From IMG/VR virus record IMGVR_UViG_3300034069_001731, positions 2,811 to 66,810 of that record: a stretch of 64,000 nucleotides of DNA. One strand, given 5' to 3'. Source of the stretch: a virus. The notes under the pieces were generated by a model that was given only the letters and a program-made list of their open reading frames with translations, ran no database searches and was not told the origin of the DNA. This document shows positions 1 through 8,757 of the stretch, one piece after another. The position numbers and the translations under genes were made by a program. Numbering within the stretch: position 1 is the first letter of the stretch; each line of letters starts with the position of its first letter.

Positions 1-2
1 GG

Positions 3-491
3 CTCCGCTGGGCCAACTACGACGGCTTCGCCATCTCGCTGCGGCAGGGAAAGACCAAGACCGACGTCTTCATTCCCTGCACGACGCAGCTGCGGGACGC
101 GCTCGATGCCCGAAAGGCCGCGCTGGTTTCCGGAAACCGCCGGGCCGAGGATCTTGGCGACGAGACGATCCTGCTGAACACCGAGGGCAATCCGTGGACC
201 AAGTCGGCATTCCGTTCGGCCTGGGACCGGGCGTTTGAAAAAACCCGGATCGATGACGACATCCACTTCCACGATCTCAGGGGCACCGCGGTGACCCGAC
301 TTGCCGAAGCGAGCTGCACGGTTCCGGAGATCGCGACGATCACGGGTCACAGCCTGACGACGGTCACCAAGATCCTGGAGAGGTACCTCGCGCGGTCTCA
401 GACACTGTCGAGGTCGGCCATCTCCAAGTTGCAGGCGTCGATCGATACGGGGAAGAGCGCGGGGCGTGGGGCGGAGGCGCTGTCGAGGTAG
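3..491 (+). CDS. int: Tyrosine recombinase/integrase, C-terminal part (5' end outside window)
   Basis: Frame 3 is open from the window edge: LRWANYDG...QGKT...HFHDLRGTAVTRL...ATITGHS...ILERY, containing the catalytic H-x-x-R, H and Y residues of tyrosine recombinases. Confidence 0.9.
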   Translation, partial: LRWANYDGFAISLRQGKTKTDVFIPCTTQLRDALDARKAALVSGNRRAEDLGDETILLNTEGNPWTKSAFRSAWDRAFEKTRIDDDIHFHDLRGTAVTRLAEASCTVPEIATITGHSLTTVTKILERYLARSQTLSRSAISKLQASIDTGKSAGRGAEALSR

Positions 492-658
492 TTTCCGGGC
501 TCTGGAAACTGCTGGAAACCGAGGTAACCGAACCTTCCGGTACGGCTACGAAAGGTCAGCAATAACAGGGGTTTAATGGTCGGAGTGAGAGGATTCGAAC
601 CTCCGACCCCTAGTCCCCCAGTTTGGTGTCCAACGTTGAAATCATTGGGACAGTTTCC
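491..658. repeat. Candidate integrase arm-type sites (GGAAAC core)
   Basis: CTGGAAAC direct repeat at 502-509 and 512-519; inverted GTTTCC at 491-496 and 653-658, on both sides of the core. Confidence 0.35.
577..621 (-). other. att core (attP-like): 3' half of tRNA-Pro(GGG) from the anticodon loop to CCA
   Basis: Minus strand CTGGGGGACTAGGGGTCGGAGGTTCGAATCCTCTCACTCCGACCA; tRNA similarity stops at the anticodon loop; 86 bp from the integrase stop. Confidence 0.85.
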
Positions 659-806
659 GCCGGGCGACGATGGGTTTCTGTCTCGCACGGCGGGCGCATC
701 TTTGCAATGGCAACGATCCGGACGCTCGAAACCCCGGCCGCCGCTGGCATGGCGGTCGGACAATTTTCAACCCAAGGTGCGGCGCACCGCGACGACCAGG
801 CACCCA

Positions 807-1223
807 GTGACTGACATCATTTCCTTCATCGACCGGAAGGCAGAGCTTGCGAAGCGGCAGCCGCCGGAGATCCTCCCCCACGAGTTCACTCTCCATGTGA
901 TGAGCGATGGCACGCACCGATTCGACACCGGCTTCAGCGGCCCGGTCATCGCCGAGTACGACACCAACCCCGAGGTCCGGCGCCGTATCGCCCATCAGCT
1001 CGAGAACCTGGCGCGCATGCTCCGCGATGAGGCGGAGGAGCTTGACCCCCGCTACGGCAAGGTTGTCGCGGTGCTGCAGGTCCAGGGGGAATGCCAGCTG
1101 TCGCTCTGGCTGACCAACGACGTCGGCGAGGGCGAGAGTGTGGAATGGATCCGGGAGCGTTTCGAGGAAGCCAAGGCCATGGTCCGGCCCCGATCCGCCA
1201 CCGAACCTGCGAACGCGTCATGA
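807..1223 (+). CDS. Hypothetical protein
   Basis: GTG start (MTDIISFIDRKAE...); stop overlaps next ATG; the 576 start in the ORF track lies in the att core and is unlikely. Confidence 0.65.
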   Translation: MTDIISFIDRKAELAKRQPPEILPHEFTLHVMSDGTHRFDTGFSGPVIAEYDTNPEVRRRIAHQLENLARMLRDEAEELDPRYGKVVAVLQVQGECQLSLWLTNDVGEGESVEWIRERFEEAKAMVRPRSATEPANAS

Positions 1224-1456
1224 GCCGGGAACCGATCCGCTCCGCCAAGGTCGAGCGCGACCACACCGGATTCGTCGTCAGCGTCGAGCGAGGCTACAGA
1301 GTTTCGGACGATGCCGCTTCCGAGACACATGGCGTCGATGGCCAGATGGCGTTCATTTCCAGTTCACAAATCCAGTGGAGGTGGGTCGAGGTCTACCGCG
1401 GCTTAGACAAAACTAAGGCATTTTATTTGCGTGACCTCTACCTCAGGAGCGGCTAA
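1220..1456 (+). CDS. Hypothetical protein
   Basis: ATGA-coupled to the upstream gene; MSREPIRSAKVERD... Confidence 0.55.
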   Translation: MSREPIRSAKVERDHTGFVVSVERGYRVSDDAASETHGVDGQMAFISSSQIQWRWVEVYRGLDKTKAFYLRDLYLRSG

Positions 1457-1659
1457 GGAGCGTTGTCTTTGAGGGTCGGGCAGCGCACGATTAGGGCGGG
1501 CCTACACCTCAGACTTTCAGACATTCAAGCGCATTGAACGGAATTGTGCCTTTGATTTCGTTGTAAGGGCTCTTGCCCATAGCAACCCTTGATAGGCGCG
1601 TTTCGGTCCAGGTTGTACCGTCTTGTGGCGTTGTGGGTTCTAGGGGCAAGGGCGTAGCA

Positions 1660-2073
1660 ATGAGTGAACTGTCTCCGAAGGAAGCGGGTTATGCGGCCGA
1701 GAGTGTCGGCCTGTCGTCGGTCCTGATCAGGTTGCGCGAGGCCATGCAGATCCTGTCGAACAAGGAGGGATACGAGGACCTCGATGAGGATGAGAAGAAC
1801 GCCATCGCCGAGAAGGCGATCGCCCTCATCCCTGTCAACCTCCACGTCCGGCTACCGAGCGGCCTGAACCTTGAGGAACCCCTGCGGTTCAACCCAGCTT
1901 CCCCGGTCGCCATCTTGCAGTTTCCGTCGAGGATCATGGGCATCCTGGATGAGGCCGGCGTATCGCTGATCGGCGATCTCGAGGTTGTCACGGACTCAAA
2001 GCTCGTCGACCATCACGGGATGACGATGGGAGAGATCAACATCATCCGCCGCGTCGTTCCGCATCGACCGTGA
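1660..2073 (+). CDS. Protein with C-terminal RNA polymerase alpha-CTD-like domain
   Basis: PVAILQFPSRIMGILDEAGVSLIGDLEVVTDSKLVDHHGMTMGEINIIRRVV aligns without gaps to the RpoA CTD pattern ([52 protein letters not shown]). Confidence 0.6.
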   Translation: MSELSPKEAGYAAESVGLSSVLIRLREAMQILSNKEGYEDLDEDEKNAIAEKAIALIPVNLHVRLPSGLNLEEPLRFNPASPVAILQFPSRIMGILDEAGVSLIGDLEVVTDSKLVDHHGMTMGEINIIRRVVPHRP

Positions 2074-2145
2074 CATCGATCCGCTTTCGTGCATAACTGC
2101 GTCCGCGGTTATGCCTGAAAGCGCATGCGAGGAGGTTGGGCAGAA

Positions 2146-2365
2146 ATGAAAAGATGGGCGGCGCGCGTGAACCATCTCACCGAGCAAGGCGACGTCGATG
2201 TCGACTACCACCTCGACGACATCGCCGACGTGGGGGCGATCATCCTCCAAGGACCAAGGACCGGGTGCAAAGAGCATCAAGGGCGTCGTCATCGACCGCA
2301 TCGACGATGACGATCTCACTTCGGTCGAGGACCTGTACCTCCAGGCCCGGGGCGAAGCAGCATAG
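2146..2365 (+). pseudogene. Small gene frameshifted by a 7-bp tandem duplication
   Basis: GGAGG RBS and ATG at 2146; AAGGACC duplicated at 2249-2262; removing one copy gives a 70-aa ORF ending ...QGPGAKSIKGVVIDRIDDDDLTSVEDLYLQARGEAA-TAG. Confidence 0.6.
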
Positions 2366-2426
2366 GTCGTGAGGGCGTTGACACGCCCTGATATTTGCAC
2401 GAAACGAAATCGCTAGGAGAGCGTGA

Positions 2427-2948
2427 ATGCAAAGCTGGGATCAGTTCTATCTCGACCTCGCGAGGTTCGTTGCAGAGCGGCGATCGAAGGACCCATCGAC
2501 TAAGGTCGGCGCCGTCATCGTTCGCCCCGACAAGACGGTCGTCAGCATGGGCTTCAACGGCTTCGCCCGCGGCCTCCCGGACTTCCCGGAGCTGTACGCC
2601 GACCGCGACTTCAAGATCGCGACCGTGGTGCATGCCGAGGAAAACGCGATCCTGACGGCCCGTGAGCGGCTCCGCGGCTGCACCATCTACGTCTCGTCGC
2701 TGCCGCCCTGCGCCCATTGCGCCTCGCTGATCATCCAAGCCGGGCTCGCCAGGGTCGTCTGCTACGACCTCGAGATCCCGGAGCGCTGGGCCGTGAACAT
2801 GGACTGGTCGCGCCGCAACCTGATGTCGGCCGGCGTGATGGTGTCCTCGATCGATCCAGACACAGGCGCCGAGGTGTCGGGCTACGCCTCGAAGTGGGCG
2901 AGGACCCCTATCTTCGCCCCCACCCACACCGCGGTGGAGTGCTGCTGA
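2427..2948 (+). CDS. dCMP deaminase (ComEB/T4 Cd family)
   Basis: SKDPSTKVGAVIV, GFNG, HAEENA and PCAHC zinc motifs. Confidence 0.92.
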   Translation: MQSWDQFYLDLARFVAERRSKDPSTKVGAVIVRPDKTVVSMGFNGFARGLPDFPELYADRDFKIATVVHAEENAILTARERLRGCTIYVSSLPPCAHCASLIIQAGLARVVCYDLEIPERWAVNMDWSRRNLMSAGVMVSSIDPDTGAEVSGYASKWARTPIFAPTHTAVECC

Positions 2949-3535
2949 TGGCGCTCGGGACGGCCATGGCCGGCGGCGGCCTCGCGGAGAACCGCCAAGC
3001 CAACGACTTCTACGCCACCCCTCCCAGTGTCACCCGCGCCCTCCTGGTGGCCAAGAGCTTCGGTCCCGTCATCCATGAGCCGGCCTGCGGGAACGGCGCC
3101 ATGGCGATGGTCATGCAGCTGGCGGGCTACAGCGTGATCTCGACCGACATCAACCCGTTGGGCTTCGGCCGCCGGGCCGACTTCTTCGACATCAAGGAGC
3201 CGCTCGCCGAGGACATCGTGACGAACCCGCCCTTCAAGGAAGCGGTGCGGTTCATCCGCCACGGCCTCGGGACGCTCAAGGCGCGCCGCATGGCGCTGAT
3301 GCTGAAGAGCACGTTCTGGCACGCCAAGGCGCGGGCGGCGCTCTTCGACGAGTTCCGGCCGGCCGCCATCCACCCTCTGCTGTGGCGCCCCGACTTCCTG
3401 AGCCAGGGCAGGCCCACGATGGAGATGATGTGGGTGGTCTGGGATCGAGACCATGTCGGCGACCCCATCTACCGGCCCCTGCCCCGGCCGGCGGATCCTG
3501 CCGAACCCGAGCTTCCGGTACCCGCGGCGGCATAG
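2948..3535 (+). CDS. Orphan DNA amino-methyltransferase (likely N6-adenine)
   Basis: DFYATP, EPACGNG (motif I variant), STDI and IVTNPPF (motif IV). Confidence 0.8.
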   Translation: MALGTAMAGGGLAENRQANDFYATPPSVTRALLVAKSFGPVIHEPACGNGAMAMVMQLAGYSVISTDINPLGFGRRADFFDIKEPLAEDIVTNPPFKEAVRFIRHGLGTLKARRMALMLKSTFWHAKARAALFDEFRPAAIHPLLWRPDFLSQGRPTMEMMWVVWDRDHVGDPIYRPLPRPADPAEPELPVPAAA

Positions 3536-3548
3536 CTGCGTCCGGAGT

Positions 3549-3564
3549 GTTGCACGAATTCAAA
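3549..3564 (+). promoter_or_regulatory. Operator-like motif upstream of RNA ligase
   Basis: GTTGC-ACGAAT-TCAAA. Confidence 0.55.
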
Positions 3565-3578
3565 TGCATGGAGCTGAG

Positions 3579-4778
3579 ATGAGCACGTTCGAAGTTTCCG
3601 TCGTCCGGGTCACCGGAGTCGAAGATCATCCCAACGCGGATCGGCTGTCGCTGATCAACTTCCGCGGCTACACCACCATTTCGGCGAAGCTCGATGACGG
3701 CGGCCACCGCTACGCCGTCGGCGACCTCGTCGTTTACGTGCCGGAGCAGGCGATCGTGCCCGACGCGCTGCTGCGAGACGGCTTCTGGGATCCGATCAAG
3801 GACCGGCCCATCCTGGGTGGGTCGAACTACAACCGGGTGAAAGCGATCAAGCTGCGAGGCGTCGTCAGCCAGGGCATCATGTTCCCTGTCGATACCTCCT
3901 CGGTCGTCCCCAACGGGTTCGAGGGCGCCGTCTTCAACGGCTCCGAGATGAAGTTCGTAGCCGAGGGCGACGACGTCGCCGAGCACCTCGGCATCGTGAA
4001 GTACGAGCCCGCCCTGACGCCGGCCTTCCGCCGCCTCATCGCCGGCAACGTGTTCGACCTCGGCACCTACAACACGATCAGCTTCGACCTCGACAACTTC
4101 CAGAAGTACCCCTTCCTCCTGGACAACCCCGAGGAGGAGATCGTCCTCACGGAGAAGCTCCACGGCACCAACTGCCAGGTCGCCTACCTGCCCGGCCACA
4201 GCGAGCACGTCGGCTTCCTGGATCGTCCGCTCTTCGTCGGGTCCAAGGGGCAGTCGGCCAAGGGGCTCATGTTCAAGAACGACCACACCTCGGAGAAGAA
4301 CGTCTACGTCGACACCACCGTCCGCTCCGGGATCGCGGAGCGGTTCATGGACGTCTGCGACAGCCGCTGCGAGTATTTCAACGAGCCCTGCTACCTGCTC
4401 GGCGAGGTGATAGGCGAAGGTGTCCAGGACCTCGGCTATGGCGAGAGCGCGCCCACCTTCCGGGCCTTCGGCATGTACGTCGGAAAGCCGCGCGGCGCCG
4501 GCGGCCGCTGGCTGGACCGGGACGAGTTCGAGGACGTCTGTGCCGCTGCGGATATCCCGATGGCGCCGGTAGTCGCCCGCGGCAAGTGGGGCGCCATCGA
4601 GCCGAAGCTGTCCCTCTACCGGGACGGCAAGACGGTGACGGACGGCAACCACATCCGCGAGGGTGTCGTGATCGTGCCGGCGAAGGAGCGCAACCACTTC
4701 CGCTTCGGGCGCGTCGCGTTGAAGCACGTCAGCCCCGACTACCTGACCCGCAAGGGGAACGTCACCGAATTCGCGTGA
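3579..4778 (+). CDS. ATP-dependent RNA ligase, DRB0094/Rnl2-like family
   Basis: N-terminal HPNADRL and RVKAIKLRGVVSQG; motif I TEKLHGTN; GEVIG, FRAF, REGVV and LKHVSPDYL. Confidence 0.88.
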   Translation: MSTFEVSVVRVTGVEDHPNADRLSLINFRGYTTISAKLDDGGHRYAVGDLVVYVPEQAIVPDALLRDGFWDPIKDRPILGGSNYNRVKAIKLRGVVSQGIMFPVDTSSVVPNGFEGAVFNGSEMKFVAEGDDVAEHLGIVKYEPALTPAFRRLIAGNVFDLGTYNTISFDLDNFQKYPFLLDNPEEEIVLTEKLHGTNCQVAYLPGHSEHVGFLDRPLFVGSKGQSAKGLMFKNDHTSEKNVYVDTTVRSGIAERFMDVCDSRCEYFNEPCYLLGEVIGEGVQDLGYGESAPTFRAFGMYVGKPRGAGGRWLDRDEFEDVCAAADIPMAPVVARGKWGAIEPKLSLYRDGKTVTDGNHIREGVVIVPAKERNHFRFGRVALKHVSPDYLTRKGNVTEFA

Positions 4779-5123
4779 CCGCCCCGAACCATTCGACCCC
4801 CAGCGGGTTATGAATTCATGCGCAAGGCCGGCCGATTTAGCCCTTGTGTTGTGCATGAATAAGGACTAGTTTCATTCCTGCAAATGACGCAGCTGGCAAC
4901 GACAGCTGCCGATGCACCTAGAAGTCCCCCGTATAGGGGCTCTGCTATACTGTATCCACTCATCGGAATGCCGAGAACCACGTCCGGGATCATCGCAATC
5001 CTGGGATTTCTAATCGCGATATTACAGGTCTACGGCACCTCATCGCTCCCTCGATCTGATCAAAACGCCTCTCCGAGTGCGCCCGGGGAAGCATCGACAA
5101 TTCACATTCGAAGAGGCTCATCC

Positions 5124-6779
5124 ATGTCCGCCATAAACCCGGCCGATGCCTTCCGCGGCGACGGCACCAAGCCCAACATGCCCGCCGGGCAGCAGACCAC
5201 GACGCTTCCGACGTTCGCCTACGGCGGCTTCGGCATCGGTGACGACGAGGCCACTGCCGCGGCGTCCCAGGGTTCACTCAAGGTCGCCGCCTGGCAGATC
5301 GACATGGTCTTCGGCGGCGCGAACGTGCGCGGCGGCCGGCAGAACGGCTACTTCACCACGGCGCAGAACGCTGCAACCGCGGCAGACAACTTCGACCGCA
5401 ACTACGTCGGCATGCAGGGCGTCGCGGTGACCTACTCGGGCGACGGCGGCTCACGGTCGGCCCCGAAGGGTGCCTATTTCGCGATGAGTGGTCTGGCTGA
5501 GGTCGGACCGAACGTGACGGGCGTGTTCAACCTGACATCGTCCGAGTTCAACACGATCCTCGCGCAGGGATCCGACGTCAGCCTGAACTTCGGCATTCAG
5601 ATCGCCAGCCAGAACGCTTCGCGCGGTGTCGGAAGCGACGCTGCGATCCAGGTGGGCATGCTCGGCGGCGGTAACGTCACCTGGGGCACAGGCATTCTGT
5701 TTTCCGACGGCAACGGCGGCGTGCCGCTCGGAACCGATAGTGACGCTATCGGGTTCAAGAACGTCCCTGGTGTGCGCTACGGCCTGAACTGCATTGGCGT
5801 TACGCTGACTGGCGCTGCTGTGGCCACAAACAACATGGACCTGGGTGATGGCGCCCTGATCATTCGCTCATCCAACGCAGCCGTCATCATAGGCAACCCT
5901 ACGGCTCAGAACACCCCTTACATCGACCTCTACACCGGCCAGAACGGCGGAGCTACCTCGGCCGTCCGCATGATCGCCTCAGGTGGCACTGGCGCCTACA
6001 ACGGCAACCTGTCAATCCAGAGCCAGGCGCTGTTCACGGGATCCGTATTGCCGGACAGCGATGGTTCGCGGCAGTTGGGCGGCCCGAGCAACCGGTGGTC
6101 CGGTGTTTGGAGCACGTCGGGCACCATTCATACGTCCGACGCTCGCCAGAAGGAGAACGTCGCGGACGTCGACACCGACTTCGCCGTCGAGATGCTCAAC
6201 AGCGTCGCGCCGCGGACCTTCAAGTGGAAGGACCAGGCGGAGGAGACCAAGCGGATCGTCCACAAGGTCCGCAAGCAGCGCACCGAGATGCAGACCTTCG
6301 ATGAGGTCGTGCGCGAGGTGCAGGTGGTCAACGGCGTCGAAGTGGCCGTCGAGACCAAGAAGCAGGTCCAGCGCGAGGTTCCTGTGACGCGGGCTATTCC
6401 CGTACTCGACGAGAACGGCCAGCAGATCGTCGACGTGACTCCGGCCAAGTGGCACGAGGGCAGGATGATCGCCCCCGAGGTGTCGCGCCCGCGGGTTCAC
6501 CATGTCGAGGTGATGGACGACGCCGAGGAGGTGCAGGAGTTCGTAACGCCGGCCAAGGCCAACGTGCGGACCCACTACGGCTTCGTGGCCCAGGAGGTCG
6601 AGGCCGCGGTGCAGGGCGCGGGTCGCACCACGACGGACTTCGCGGGTCTCATCAAGGACGAGGAGACCGGCATCTACGGCCTGCGCATGGATCAGATGGT
6701 GCCGCTGCTGTGGGCCGTCGTTCGCGAGCAGCAGAAGGAGCTGGCTGCACTCAAGGCGGCCCTGCCCGCCAAGGGTTGA
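5124..6779 (+). CDS. Tailspike/fibre-like protein with C-terminal intramolecular chaperone (peptidase S74)
   Basis: Gly-rich beta-type body followed by TSDARQKEN...FKWK...HYGFVAQEV...YGLRMDQMVPLLWAVVRE and a coiled coil. Confidence 0.85.
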   Translation: MSAINPADAFRGDGTKPNMPAGQQTTTLPTFAYGGFGIGDDEATAAASQGSLKVAAWQIDMVFGGANVRGGRQNGYFTTAQNAATAADNFDRNYVGMQGVAVTYSGDGGSRSAPKGAYFAMSGLAEVGPNVTGVFNLTSSEFNTILAQGSDVSLNFGIQIASQNASRGVGSDAAIQVGMLGGGNVTWGTGILFSDGNGGVPLGTDSDAIGFKNVPGVRYGLNCIGVTLTGAAVATNNMDLGDGALIIRSSNAAVIIGNPTAQNTPYIDLYTGQNGGATSAVRMIASGGTGAYNGNLSIQSQALFTGSVLPDSDGSRQLGGPSNRWSGVWSTSGTIHTSDARQKENVADVDTDFAVEMLNSVAPRTFKWKDQAEETKRIVHKVRKQRTEMQTFDEVVREVQVVNGVEVAVETKKQVQREVPVTRAIPVLDENGQQIVDVTPAKWHEGRMIAPEVSRPRVHHVEVMDDAEEVQEFVTPAKANVRTHYGFVAQEVEAAVQGAGRTTTDFAGLIKDEETGIYGLRMDQMVPLLWAVVREQQKELAALKAALPAKG

Positions 6780-6825
6780 TCGGCAGACGATGACTCCCCG
6801 GGCGCGCCCGGAGAGTTCCCGCTTC

Positions 6826-6853
6826 AGGGGCTGGCCGAAGGCTGGCCCCTTTC
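6826..6853 (+). terminator. Putative intrinsic terminator
   Basis: AGGGGCTGGCC-GAA-GGCTGGCCCCT hairpin with a short T run after the tailspike gene. Confidence 0.45.
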
Positions 6854-7152
6854 GCTGTCCGGCGATGGTCGGTCGAACAATGGCCTCGCCTCAGGAGCAC
6901 AGCAATCGCTTCCGCGGATCGTGGATGGCCATCGAGACTGATCAGCTTAGGCTAGGCGTCGTGCTGCGATCACACCCGCTGCCGGGAGGAGAACTGCAAA
7001 GGCTTGCACAAATTTCGACTACGGGATGGTCCTATCCATGGTCATCGAAAATCTTCTCCTCTGAACCGCCGCGTGTGCGTATAAGCAAATCGCCGTTCGC
7101 GCGCTACGCCGCGGGAGCGCAAAGGCTTTGAGCGCAGAGGGATGCAAACCCC

Positions 7153-7848
7153 ATGGCAGAGTTCCACTTCGTCGAGGACTACCAGAACTACGTGCGCGGT
7201 CTGATGGCGGCCCACCCCATCGACGAGGCTATGAGTCTGGCGGTTGGCGGAAGCTACGATCGGATCGGCGACATCGAGGCCGAGATCGTGAGCCACTTCG
7301 GGCTTCGCTCCGGACACGCCGCTGTCGACCTCGGCTGCGGCAGCGGCCGGCTGGCGCATGCACTCGGGAAGCGCCTGGAGATCGACTACACCGGCCTTGA
7401 CGTCGTCCAGGAGCTGCTCGACTACGCCACGACGAAGTGCCCGGCGAACTACGACTTCGTCCTGAACCAGAAGCTGTCGCTGCCGCTGCAGGACCGGTCG
7501 GTCGATTACGCCTTCGCCTTTAGCGTGTTCACCCACCTGCTGCATGCCGAGACCTACCTCTACCTCGAGGAGATGTTCCGCTGCCTTAAACCAGGCGGCA
7601 AGGTGGTATGCTCCTTCCTTGAGTTCAACCTGCCATTCCACTGGTCGGTCTTCGAGGCCACGATCGAGCAGCAACGCACCAGCGCGAAGCCGCATCTGAA
7701 CCAGTTCGTGGAGCGTGTCCAGTTCCAGGCCTTCGCCGACCACATCGGCTTCGCTGAGGTGGCGTTCCTGGATGGGAGCGCGGCGCCGTGGCCGTCGGGT
7801 CAGGCCCTGGGCCAGTCCGTGGCCGTGTTCACGAAGGCCGCAGCCTAG
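7153..7848 (+). CDS. Class I SAM-dependent methyltransferase (small-molecule/glycan type)
   Basis: VDLGCGSGRLA, YTGLDV, FSVFTHL and LKPGG motifs. Confidence 0.88.
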   Translation: MAEFHFVEDYQNYVRGLMAAHPIDEAMSLAVGGSYDRIGDIEAEIVSHFGLRSGHAAVDLGCGSGRLAHALGKRLEIDYTGLDVVQELLDYATTKCPANYDFVLNQKLSLPLQDRSVDYAFAFSVFTHLLHAETYLYLEEMFRCLKPGGKVVCSFLEFNLPFHWSVFEATIEQQRTSAKPHLNQFVERVQFQAFADHIGFAEVAFLDGSAAPWPSGQALGQSVAVFTKAAA

Positions 7849-7857
7849 AGGTGCGCG

Positions 7858-8220
7858 ATGGTGACCTTGGCGGTCGTAGGAGTCAGAGATGTCTGGGGCC
7901 GGGAATTCGACGACTCCCGCTTCGTGGCGTCCGAGCTGTCCCGGTACCGAGAATGGATCGAGGAGGTCATCTCGGGCGGCGCCCGCGGAACCGATCGCAT
8001 GGCGATCCGCTGGGCGAAGCGGCAGGGACTCAGGACTCGTGAGCTGCTGCCGGACATCGCCCGCTACGGCAGCCCGCTCGCGATGTTCGTCCGCAACCAC
8101 CAGATCGGCGACGCCTGCGATCTCATGGTTGCGTTCTGGGACGGCCGGTCGTCAGGGACGCGGGACGCCATCGATTATTGCGAGCGGCTCGACAAGCCGG
8201 TCGAGGTCATCCAGATCTAG
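7858..8220 (+). CDS. SLOG-family protein (YspA/DUF2493-like)
   Basis: LAVVGxR, VISGGARGTD, RNHQI and VAFWDGRSSGTRDAI. Confidence 0.8.
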   Translation: MVTLAVVGVRDVWGREFDDSRFVASELSRYREWIEEVISGGARGTDRMAIRWAKRQGLRTRELLPDIARYGSPLAMFVRNHQIGDACDLMVAFWDGRSSGTRDAIDYCERLDKPVEVIQI

Positions 8221-8229
8221 GAGGTGACG

Positions 8230-8697
8230 ATGAGGAACACGATCGTGTCTGGGGTGACGGCCGCGTGTCTGCTGGCGGTCTCGGCGCTGCCGGCGGCGGC
8301 TGATCCAGTGCTGCAGGATGCCTATGCGTACCCGCGCCTGACGCTCGAGGAGAGTGACTTCCCGGCGAACTGGCCGCTGGAGGACAAGAACTCGCGTGCC
8401 GCTGGCTTCGTGCCGAGCGATGTCGTCGATGTCCAGGTGGCGGCACCGAAGGGTGTCGGCGACAAGGTCGCCATCCGGGGCTTCATGGCGGTCATCAAGC
8501 CCGGCCTCGCCGCGATGTCGAACCGGAGGGATGGATCGAATGCCATCCTCGTGGACTTCCGGCACGCCGGCGTCATGAACAAGTCCAACATCCTGAACGA
8601 ATGCTCGGACCAGACCTTCAAGTGCATCCTGCAGATCCGCGGCACGCTCGCGGCGGCGGCGGACGGATCGGACAGCGTGGTTCTGATCGCGGAATGA
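8230..8697 (+). CDS. Secreted hypothetical protein
   Basis: GGAGG RBS; signal peptide MRNTIVSGVTAACLLAVSALPAAA. Confidence 0.7.
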   Translation: MRNTIVSGVTAACLLAVSALPAAADPVLQDAYAYPRLTLEESDFPANWPLEDKNSRAAGFVPSDVVDVQVAAPKGVGDKVAIRGFMAVIKPGLAAMSNRRDGSNAILVDFRHAGVMNKSNILNECSDQTFKCILQIRGTLAAAADGSDSVVLIAE

Positions 8698-8757
8698 GAG
8701 TGCCCCCGGCCGTGTAGCACCGGCCGAGGGGCTTGCTTCGTTGCCAACGAAGATGGG

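Noticed and set aside
577-650. Complete tRNA-Pro gene
   Set aside because: The 5' acceptor strand, D-arm and 5' anticodon stem are missing; only the att core is present
576-806. N-terminal 77 aa of the 576-1223 ORF (MVGVRGFEPPTP...)
   Set aside because: It is the translated antisense tRNA fragment; the GTG at 807 is the plausible start
2372-2410. TTGACA in a hairpin loop as a sigma70 -35 element
   Set aside because: No recognisable -10 at 16-18 nt spacing
4808-5123. 80-aa N-terminal extension of the tailspike ORF and the antisense 61-aa ORF
   Set aside because: AT-richer, poor codon bias, contains operator-like sites; treated as regulatory spacer, though a short TM peptide cannot be excluded
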